Source: Podospora anserina (lineage: Eukaryota). From it: DNA of 64,000 nucleotides. Of this stretch, positions 47,146-57,800 are shown one piece after another. The notes beneath the pieces are model-generated. The model was not told the origin of the DNA and searched no databases. It worked only from the letters and a program-made list of their open reading frames with translations. A program made the translations under genes and the position numbers. The stretch lies in assembly GCA_017654855.1 (NCBI GenBank), contig CM030332.1, positions 124,001 through 188,000 on the forward strand, in the 5' to 3' direction. How positions within the stretch are numbered: the stretch's first letter is position 1; each line of letters starts with the position of its first letter.

Positions 47146-47769
47146 ATGAGCAGCCTATTGCAAATCATAGACCTGCACAACCCTGTCGAGTTCGACGAGC
47201 TCCTTCATCAACGAGATCTCTGTGGCTGGGACAAGATGGCATCGGATATCGAGGCTTGGCGAACAGCCATGGATGCCGGAACCAGAGCAATGTTCTGGAT
47301 TGTCCCGCCGTCTCTTGGCCATCTCCCCCTTCCAGACCGGTGCGCAGGACATATTGCTTTGGTCAGCGAGATGAGCCCCCCTAACGAGGAGCTCGCCCGA
47401 CGGGACAGGTCTATCCTTTATATCTCGTCACTCTTCATCCGACCCGAGCACCGCGGAGGGCTTGGCCGAAAAGCGGTTCAGGCTCTCGAATCTTGGGCAA
47501 AAGTGCCCCCCTACGGCTCACCTCATTGCGAAGCAATAACCCTGACTGCTTTGGACCGACGATACACCGAGGATGACTCGGAAGAATGGGGTGGCGTGTG
47601 GGCCAGATTTGGACAACAAGCACCAAAGAAAGGAAGCAGCACTGAAGATTGGTATGCCAGGATGGGCTATGTGAAGTGGAAGAGCCAGCCTATGTTCGAC
47701 GAGCAGTTCCTCGATGGCACCAAGATCAAGTTGGTTGGTGCTTTTCTGCGAAAGACTTTGAGGGAATAA
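47146..47769 (+). CDS. GNAT-family N-acetyltransferase
   Basis: YISSLFIRPEHRGGLGRKAV (acetyl-CoA binding motif A) and WYARMGYV. Confidence 0.8.
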   Translation: MSSLLQIIDLHNPVEFDELLHQRDLCGWDKMASDIEAWRTAMDAGTRAMFWIVPPSLGHLPLPDRCAGHIALVSEMSPPNEELARRDRSILYISSLFIRPEHRGGLGRKAVQALESWAKVPPYGSPHCEAITLTALDRRYTEDDSEEWGGVWARFGQQAPKKGSSTEDWYARMGYVKWKSQPMFDEQFLDGTKIKLVGAFLRKTLRE

Positions 47770-47987
47770 ACAGAAGTTGGATATTTCCGACTGCAATCTT
47801 TTTTCAGTCATGACGGCCCGACGTGCGTTCAAATCAATTGGCTTATCCAGCTTATCCACCGCTATCCAGGCAGCGACTCCACTACCAGTGATACGTAGGG
47901 TGAATGGCGGACTCAGCATCAATACGTCTCTGTGGTCTCCCACCTGCAACAAACCAACAGAAAGGAAGACTTGGGCCACCTCACGAC

Positions 47988-50900
47988 ATGACAGACATCA
48001 CCATGGATACCAGTGGCATTGAAGTCGATATGGTCCTCATCAACCCAGGAGACAAGACCGCCGAGCGGGGTGACCTCCAGACCTCTTTCCTCAACTGGCT
48101 ACAAGACGACAACCCCAGAGCCAATTTGATCAACCATAGTGGGCATCGAAGACTTCTTATGGAGTCTCTAGGACATACAACGCGCCCGCTTCATGTCTTG
48201 GAAGTTGCAGACCTCCTTCGGTTCTTACAGGCGAAAACCGACAAGATGAGCGAGGGATCTGCCAAGGAGTACCTGCGGTCAGAATTTGGATCCGATCTCA
48301 AGATCTTGCCCAACAATACCGTTGTCATCAATCAGTCCTTGGACACGAAATTATCTTCAGAAATCTCCCATGAGATGCTGGCCATCATCTGTACCCGCTA
48401 TCTATTGCATTCAGGCTGGGCAGACCATCACAACATCCGATCCCCAGCCCAGGATGGGTGCGCGGATGAGAATAGCGAAGAGGAAGAGGAAGCGTGCGAC
48501 ACGAGAGTGACGAGTGAAGAGTTTGCTCCTCTTCGCCTTCAGTTCCCATTCATTGCCTATGCAGCGCGGCACTGGATGGTTCACGTGGCCAAGACATGTC
48601 ATTCTCATGACAGCTTGCCCCTGCTTTTTGGTATCTGTCCTAGACGAGTTTCTCTTGGACAATCCCAAGCCCTTCAGCGCCTGGATCGACATTGAATGGC
48701 GGCCATATGAAATGGGCGATTGGGTCACCATCGGCCACGGTGTCACCGCCCTTCATGTCGCGGCTCGCTATGGATGGAGACAGTACCTGGCTGCCCTGGT
48801 TGAGCGTTCCGCCACCAACACAGAGCTGGATATTGACGGGGTTGACTTCAGCTCAAAGCAAACCCCGCTGTTTTTTGCGCCAAGTATGGACACGCCGATT
48901 GTGTCAAACTAGTGGCTGATGCCGGTGCCAGCCTTGAAATCAAGAATTGTAGCAAAGTCAATGTCTTGCGCCAAGCGATTGTTCGCAACCACGTTGCCGT
49001 GGTCAAAGTCCTGCTAGATTTGGGCCGGGATCCTATGCGGGAAGAGGGCAGCCGAGCCGGTAGCCCGGCGCTGAGATTGGCCTGCGAAAATGGGCAACTT
49101 GAGATTGTTGAAGCTTGTTTGTCATGGCTAAAGGATCCTGAGGATGCCTACCGGACCCTTGACTGGGCATTGACAAGGCGCGGCAACGTCTGTGTGGTGC
49201 AACGGCTTCTCCAGCATCCAGGTATCGACGTCAACAAAATCATTCGAGGCAATACGCTGCTCATCAAGGCATGCTGGTTTCATGATGTGGACTGCATGCA
49301 AATGTTGCTTTGCGCTGGAGCAGATGTCAACATCCTTGGATGTGGGGGTGACTTTGAGGACAATGGCACAAATCCGAATACAGAAAGACATCCCCTGTCG
49401 CAATGGGTACAATGGGGGGATGCCGATGTCACGGCCTTGGAAGTCTACTGCTGCAGGCAGCCAGATCGCCGTCCAGAGAAGCTGGCTTCTAAAGCTCAAC
49501 TGGAGCTCAAGCAGGGCCTTGACTTGCTCATTGGAGCTGGAGCCGACCTCCACCGCCGCAACAAGAGAGGTTTTGCCCCTATCGACATTGCAGCAAACCA
49601 CCCGACCGCGCTACGACTTCTGATCGAGGCAGGCGCTGATTTCCATCACGAGAGTTCGGATGGAAGTACGTTGCTGCACGTACCCAGAACCGGGGAGGAC
49701 GGCTGGGAGCTTACCAAATTCCTTGTTGGAAAAGGCTTGAGCGTTGACAAGCCAAGATCAGACGGGCGAACACCATTTCATCTTTACATGAAAGAATATC
49801 TGAAAAGATACAGCTGTGACCGTGCAGCTGGATATCGGGATGCTGTCCGGTTCGTGGAGGAGCTAGGCCCTGACTGTTCGGTAGTTGATGCTGAAGGAAA
49901 TGGAATTCTGCACATTCTCTTCATATCTAACGCAACAATTTCCAGAAAGCTTTCCGACTGGAATGAAGATCTCAAAAGAATTTTTGAAAAGCTCATTGCT
50001 CACGGTGCGCCGGTCCTCGAAAGAATTACGCCGGAGAATCGTTGATCCATATGGTGTCGGCCGAGAACATCGAAGCGATCCGATTTCTGATTGAGAAGGG
50101 TGTCGATCTCGAGACTCAAGATTACGAGGGCAAAACACTGTACATGCGAGCTGTGACTCAGGTATACAATACCAAAACCCTGGATCGGCTTCAAGCGATG
50201 GGCGCCATGGTGAAGACGCGGGATTTCAAGGGCCGCACAGTCCTACACGGGGCGATCAAGGGCCACCGAACCGGCAAACTTGACATGATGGCGAAACGGC
50301 AACCGCTGGCCTACCTTGTCGAAGATCTTCAACTGGACCCCAACGTCACTGACAATGAGGGCAATAGCCTTCTCCATGAGCTTGCGAGTTGCGACACAGA
50401 TCAGTACAATCTTTATGGGGCATTGCTTGAATATGGGGTGGACAATGATGCGCGCAACGAGGCCGGTCAGACCCCATTACATATCGTCTGTCAAAGGTGG
50501 GATGACGGCCACCTGAACTTTAGGGCGTGGGGTGGATTTGAGCAGCAATTACTCTCCAGATCTCTCAAACACTGCAAACACCAAGTCAATGCTGAGGACA
50601 ACCATGGAGTCAGACCCATCCACTTGGCGGCCGACAAGTCGGAATTTTTGGTCCAGCAACTTTTGGCCCTGGGAGCGACGATCTTGGTAAGGACACATGA
50701 CTGGATGACACCCTTACATATAGCCGCCAAAGAACACCAAAGTAATGTTGTTGCGATGCTGCTTTCTGCCGCTACAACCGGCAACTATGGGAATCCAAAA
50801 GAGCTTCTTGAAACCAAGGGCAAACCTAAAACGTATACCGTCGGCAGAAGATGGACGGGACGACGAACGGGAAAGGAGCTAGGGCATACTGCTCTTTATT

Positions 50901-52183
50901 ATGGTGTGCAGTCTGGACGCCCAGAGACCGTTTCGTTTCTTTTGGGGGCTGGCGCCGAGGTGAAGTGGCAATCCGCCAAACTTTTGCAGGCCTGCGCCAA
51001 CTTTGAAGAAGAAAACCGCAAGCTACCCCCGCACCGCAGGTCTGGCACCAGGTTGAACGAGATTTTGGACATGCTTGTCACTTCAGGACTTGACCTCTCA
51101 GCACGCGCCAGCAGGAACATGAACTCAATCACGCCACCGCTGCAGTTTGATCTAGCTGTTCACCGAGCGCTGGACGCCGGGCTCGATCACACCGTTTCGT
51201 GTCTCTTGCAACATCAGCAGCCATCGTCACAATCGTCAGTCTCTTTGGTGTTTGCGCGGAAGTGGTTTGAGAGGCGGAAGGAATCTGGAGCCTCCGTCTT
51301 TCGAGAGACGAGCAACTTGTTGAGCACGGCAGCGGGAGACGCTCAAGCCATCCACGCCCTGGTCAAAAAGCTTCTCCTGGCGCGCGAGTTCGAGGTGGTT
51401 GAGTACATGTGCACCGTTCCACAGCAGGGCGCAGATGACCCATTGGTTGCAATCGACGACAAGGGGAAAACAATTTTGCACCTCCTGGTAAACAACGGAT
51501 ATGCAGCCTTGCTCGAGCGCATCTCGAGAGCAAGGGGGCAGCATGACAATCCACTAGAAAGTCTGCAAGCTCTTGTGAGTCGACAGGAAAAGGAAGGCGC
51601 CATTTTCCCGCTGGTGCTCGCTGCTTGTCACCGGACGCTTCCCAATATGGCCGTCCTCCGTGTATTGGTCGAGGTGGTGAAAGTGTCAATCAACGATCCC
51701 CAGCGGTTTAGGGAACATGCACGTCCGTATTTCAGGCCTGAGTGGCGTTATCATTAGGGATATACGCCGCTTCATGGTGTGACAGGTCGAACACCATGGT
51801 GGCATTTGCACCAAGCTTTGCCATACTTGCTCTCGCAGAAACCCGACCTCGAGGTTTGTGCTCAGTATGGAGGAACGCCTCTTCACTTGGCACTTTCGCA
51901 AGCGGACCGTGATGGCAGTGCGGTTCGATTACTTCTAGAAGCATGTGCTGATCCTAACGTTGTGAAATGGGGAGGGCGAAGCTGTTTTGCCGTTGCTATG
52001 CAAGCTGGCAAGACCGAGCTTGGGCGCCTGCTGTTGGCACATGGAGCCAAGGTCACCTCATCGGACTTGAAGCATGCAGCAGAGGATGGCAAAACGGAGT
52101 TCTTCTCCGCTTGCGAATACAGTCTGAGTAGTGAGGAAGAAAAGGAGTTGGCAAGCTTTTTAGCAAAGGTCTCCAAAAAGTAG
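47988..52183 (+). pseudogene. Ankyrin-repeat NLR-like relic lacking the NACHT core; 3 frameshifts and 1 stop
   Basis: Post-NACHT motifs TRPLHVLEVAD, H..LAI.C.RYL and FPF..YAA.HW; many ANK repeats; frame breaks ~48628, ~48878, ~50020; in-frame TAG at 51755. Confidence 0.85.
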
Positions 52184-53518
52184 CTAGCACAGACACAGAA
52201 TCGGACGCCTCCCTGGCTTTGGACTTTGGACTTTATTCAGAGAGTTCCCTCACTTGTTTCATTATAGCAGAGCCCTTCAACGCGCTGCCACAGCTTCAAC
52301 AGGTCATTCATACTATGAGGGTATATCACTCGATGCGGAACCTGGGTACCTTCTCTCTGACAACCCGATCTTGTCATCACAATCCGTCTGCCAAGTGACG
52401 GAGAAATTGTATACTGCTATTTTCTTTGCGGAATTGGCAGGCGGACTTCCGATTCCGTTGGACACAGGTGATTTTGCGCACCATTTGGATGGGATGAGAC
52501 CCTCGAATGCTATGACTACCTGAGGGAGACTAATGATGGCAAGCCAAGAACAAGACCATTACTCCAGGTCAGCTTCCTCTCACTAATACCTACATCACCT
52601 GCTTCAGCTAATGACTTTACAGATTACAATCCGTCTTGACAAGACGACACTGAGCTGGGCGGAATGGGCCTTGGGTCTGGTCAACACTGTCGTAACCACA
52701 TTATCGTTCTGCGAAATGAGAACATGATAGGCGCGCGTCGCGGCGTCAAGCTCGGTGCAATTCGACCTGTTTCTTAACGGTCCGAAACGCATCACAAGGC
52801 CCCTGATATCACCGGTATTTGTGCGTAGCCAAGATTCGGCAACGCCGTTAGGCCCGTGGGATCCGTTGGGCGGCTTGGAGCATCCCCATCACCTGCTGCA
52901 TGTCACGCAAGCGAGAGGTGGTGTCTTCCGGGGAATGTGGGTCTCTCTTCTTCTTTGTCAGAGTCTCGGAAGCAGCAGCAACTGCCGGGAGGTCGTTTGA
53001 GGAGTCTGGTTCCGATCCCCGTTGTCTCGGTTCGGCTCTTGGCTTGGTCGGTACCAAGTTGGGCAGCCATCTCGTCAACGTCTCCGCCCAGTGTGTCTCG
53101 CTTCCGATCGGGGGAAGGCTTGGCGGGGAGATGACATTCCAGTTTCGTGGTTCACGGAGGCAAGTTTAACTTGAGTTTTTGAAAACTGGGCTGCAGCCCC
53201 TGAAAATATCAACGGGGAATAATGGATATCTTCCAGGAATCAACAGCCACCGCTAATAACAGTGGATCACGTACCAGGGATGCGCGCCTATCCAAGACCA
53301 TGAGAGATGGCAGTGCCTAGGATGAAGGGCTGAGAGCCTGACGATGAGAGCTGGGTGTGATTAGCGAAGCATGGGTAGATTCCATGGTATCACGACGTGT
53401 GCTGGACATAAGAGAAAGTATAAGACGCCAACCTTCCTCGCACCATGATGCCTCCTGGACGTGCCAGGCAGCCAGGAAAACAGCCCCTTCGTCGCTTCCT
53501 CCGTCTCCAACCATCACC

Positions 53519-54482
53519 ATGCATTTCAGCGTTGCTGGCATTGCCCTCTGGGCCCTTGCGGCCACACAGGGTGTCGAGGCTCACTACCGCTACAGCAAGC
53601 TCATCGTCAACGGCAGGGTGACCAACGACTGGGAGTACGTCCGCGAGAACAGCAACTTCATCATGCCCACCAAGCAGTTCCTCCAGCCCAGCGACGACTT
53701 CCGCTGCAACTCGGGATCCTTCGCCAACGCGGGCAGGACCAAAGTCCACAAGGTCAACCCAGGCGACAGCATCGGGTTCCGCCTGTGGAACGGCGGCAAG
53801 ATTCTCCACCCCGGACCTACCACCATCCACATGTCCCGGGCTCCTGGTGACGTGCGCCAGTACAGAGGCGACGGCGATTGGTTCAAGGTTCAGGAGACTC
53901 TGATCTGCAGAGCCCCCGGCCGCTACCTCGCCGACACCGACTGGTGCTCCTGGGATCAGCCCGACCAGACCTTCACCCTTCCTCGCGATACCCCTCCTGG
54001 CCAGTATCTCGTCCGCGTTGAGCACATCGCCCTGCACGGCGCCCAGAGCGGAGACACCGAGTTCTATTGTAAGCAACTTCCCTCCCTTCTTTCTCCTACC
54101 ATCTCCCATGTGCTAACACCGGTAAACAGTCACTTGCGCCCAAATCGAAGTCGGCGGCAACGGCAACGGCCGCCCTGGCCCCTTGGTCAAAATCCCCGGT
54201 CTGTACAACTCCAACGACCCGGCCCTCCGTTTCTGGATCTATGGCGTTCCATCTTACCCCTACACCCGCGTCGGGCAGCACGCCGTTTGGACTGGTGGCC
54301 AGTATGGCGGTGGCGGCGGCGGCGGCTCTCCCGCCCCTGCGCCCTCGCCCGCTCCCGGCAACGGCGGCGGCACCGTTCCTCTTTGGGGACAATGTGGTGG
54401 AGAGGGTTACACTGGTCCTACCCGCTGTGCCGAGGGCACCTGCAAGGTTAGCAACCAGTGGTACTCTCAGTGCGTGAACTAG
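53519..54482 (+). CDS. AA9 lytic polysaccharide monooxygenase with C-terminal CBM1, one intron (~54069-54129)
   Basis: Signal peptide then His1 (HYRY), [27 protein letters not shown]; Gly/Pro linker; CBM1 [24 protein letters not shown]. Confidence 0.95.
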
Positions 54483-54511
54483 GCTCGAGACGAAACCGGG
54501 AGGAGTTTGCT

Positions 54512-54550
54512 GGGACGAGGGCAGGACGAGGGCAGGACGACGGCAGGACG
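54512..54550 (+). repeat. 11-bp tandem repeat (GGCAGGACGAG x~3.5) in the LPMO 3' region
   Basis: gggacgagggcaggacgagggcaggacgacggcaggacg. Confidence 0.7.
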
Positions 54551-54831
54551 CAGTCATTCGTTAGAACAGTCAATAGTAAATTACTCCCGCATCAGTACTA
54601 TCTGCTTACCAACGTACTATTGTTTGTAGATAACAACTGGACGCAGAAGACGCAAGCCTTGGGCCACTGTTCTATTTTTGTGACGTCATTAGCATTCAAT
54701 TCAGGGGCTCAGGGGAGGGACAACAAAACCTCAGGTTCTTGCGTTTGAAGAAACCGGACAAGCACTCACAGCACAAAAGTCTGGACACGTAGTTTTCACA
54801 TGGATCAATTTCTTGATTATCTAGAGCCCGT

Positions 54832-57800
54832 TCAGACCTCTCTCTCCATCACCTGGGCGAAGAAGAGATGGCAAGTGTACTCAGATCCGCCTGTGCTCGA
54901 CACAAACTCCATGTCTGAAAGCCCATCGGTCCAGGACGCAATGCGACCAATGGGGCGGCACTCAGTCCCCCCAGCATCGATCTGCTTTTCCAGGCAGTTT
55001 TGTCCCTCGGTGTCGGGAAAACAGAAGATGCTGAACGCGCAGGCTGTCTTTCCGTCCTCCAGGATGGTGACAAAAGCCTCTACGGCTCTGGGACGACTTA
55101 GGATGCTGATCTGGGCGTTAACACACGCCACGCGTTGTGATCCCGACGGCTTGACACAGTTGGCGTCGCCGCAATAGTGCATAACATGACAACTGTCTGA
55201 GGCACACAAGCAGTCAATTTCCTCACTGATAGCCCTCCCTTGCAAGATGGACAAATGCGGCGTCTTGCTGAGTGACGTTGGCAGGAGGGGACGTGGGTGT
55301 CGCAGTCGGCTTTGTAACCCCGTGGCGGTCCTTGACTGCAAGAGCTTGATCGCAACGAGTGCTGGTCTGCAAGGATTTGCAGCTAGGATTATTGCTGGGA
55401 CACAGGGGAGTGCCAGCATCTTGCCTTTTGGGACATAGCGTTTGCGTAGGTAAGCACCAGTTGCCCTTAAGGCAGACATTCGCCTCCGCACATATTTGGG
55501 TCGAAGTGTAGCCCGCACACCCCGCTCCGGTATATAGCAAGGAATTAGTGGTGCCTGAGGGAGCCTCGTTATTAGTTATGGGGGTTGGCTTGATGGATGT
55601 GGAAGATGGCTTGATCGTGGTTACAATAGTAGCTCCAGTTATCACCACGTTTGAAGTGATGGTGAATATGTGCTGGGTCTCGGTCGAAAAAGACAAACGT
55701 ACTGGTTACCTCTACAGTAACAGTCTCCGAAATCACCGTGAAAATTATCGCCTCCACCGAGAGAGTAGACGTATTGGTTACCGAGGTGGCTTGAGTCTCT
55801 CCGACTGTTGTGGTTCCCGTGAGTGTATTGAAAGGTGTGGGAAGGATTCTCGGGATCATAGTGGTCGGTGGCAAGGTGGTCGATGAGTTCGCTGTGGCGG
55901 TCGAGCCGCAATAGAAACCGGTGCAGAGGGAACCGCATCCTGGAGATTCCGGGGCGCAGGTGACATTTGCTGAGCCCGTCTGAAAGGTGATGGGGTCGCT
56001 GAAGGCACCAGGTCCCGGCCTTTCGGCTTGTTCTTATTAGCGCCAACCTTGGATTCGTCAAGGCCGTCCACACGGTTCCCAGGAAAAAGTGGCCGATGCA
56101 TATACATAAGGAGCTTTTTGACGTTGGCAGGCTTCTTTAGCTCTTCGTCCCAGCCGTTTTTGATACCAAGAAGCCCGCGCCAGTACGCCACAAGACAAGC
56201 AATCGTTGGCGCCGCTATGGAAAACATGTTAGCCGCTGCGCCTGTTCGTGCGATGTTGGATACTTACCGAACAGGTTTCCGCTCGACACGTAAACGCCGT
56301 CGTCCTCTTCCCCTGTAGTCATGACGTCGCGGCCTGGGGCCATCACTAGATCCTCTCTGTACGGCGCAAATGGTGCAATCCGTCCGAGAGCATCCCAGTC
56401 AGTCATGCATGCTGCAACAATATGATGGAAAGTGCAAAAACTTACGCCATCTTTGCTGGAATGTTCGGTAGACCAGCACCCCGGCCTCCATGGTGGTGAA
56501 GCCATTGAATTCGGTCAAGATTATTTTCCCTCGCAGACTTGGATCCTCTACATAGAGTCTCTTGACTTCGTTATATACCCGAACCAGCTTTCCAACGGAG
56601 GTTTCCCAAAAAGTGTTCCTCCTCATATCCCTCGGACCACCATAGGGGCTTAGAGCAATGTAACCTTGCGCCAGTTTTGCCAGTCCAAATCTCCAACCTA
56701 TCGCCTTGGCTAACACTCCCGTACCGTGAAGGCGATTCCCTTCAGCCTTCACAGTCTTTAATCGTGAATCATCGCTCCAGACGAATGGATCGAGCTTTCG
56801 GATCTCGGGACTCTCCCAGCTATCGTCGGGGCCATTCTCTGTTACCAATTTCATCTCCACGTTACTGTCCATTATATTTTCTTCTGTTGAGATGACAACC
56901 TGGCCCTTGCCGAAAGAGTCATCAGCGCTGTAGTAAAGTTCTCCCCATTTTAAACCCCCCCCCCGATGACTCAGTCCACTTCTCCAGGGGGACTACTGCC
57001 ATTTGTGAAAGCTCCCAAACGCTCGTACCACCAAATATCTCCACTCGACGTCGTTGCAATCGTCTATGACTGGGAGGGCTTTTGTTGACGTCGATGCCCA
57101 TGTTACCGAAAATTTCACCCCCGCCACCCAAGATTCCAACGCTGTCCGAATCGTCCGAATCGTCGTCGTCGTCCGATTCATCGCTGTCATCATCGTCGTC
57201 TGTAGTGGAATCTTCACCCTGGCTGTATGCTTGCCGTCCTCTCCCATACACGCCCTTGATCTGCGCGATCTCGTTCGTCACTTCAGCTCGCAAGGCTTCC
57301 ATGTGGCACTCTCTCATACGTTCCACAAAGATGACGAAGCTCCAATCACTGCCGTCATCGCCAACAAAACCTTTGGCTATGACTTGTAGTTTTCATAGCC
57401 CGATTTGGCCAGGTGATCGGGCCCATATTCCCCGTTGGCTTTGAGCCAGGTAGTGATCTTGGCCACTTCGTCATGGTTTCCGGGATGTTTTGGCCAAATC
57501 ATGCAGTGATCATAGCCCGCTTGCGATGGGTCACGGTCTTGGGGGTTGTCAAGCTGGCGGGTATCTCCGCCGTCAGGGGAAGCAGTCGCGTTATGGCTGA
57601 TTCGATGCAGGAGTTCGGCGGCAGGCTGCGTTGCCAAAGGACAAGCAGATTCGCCACTCATGCTTGTGGTGTCCTGATCAACATCAGTGACCACGCAGGC
57701 CGTGATACTGTTGCATTCCGTGGTTGCCGAAGACGTGATTGTGCTTGTTGAGCTGCTGATCACAGTTGTGGAGACGAAGGTCGAGGTGGCGCATATCTCG

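Noticed and set aside
41391..52183. Spok-like meiotic driver, Starship captain or amyloid-motif NLR/effector pair
   Set aside because: No Spok coiled-coil/kinase, tyrosine recombinase, transposase or HRAM/PP/sigma amyloid motif was found
57144..57200. GTCCGAATC / GTC repeats
   Set aside because: Simply encode the Asp/Ser tract of the pseudogene on the minus strand; not a CRISPR-like array
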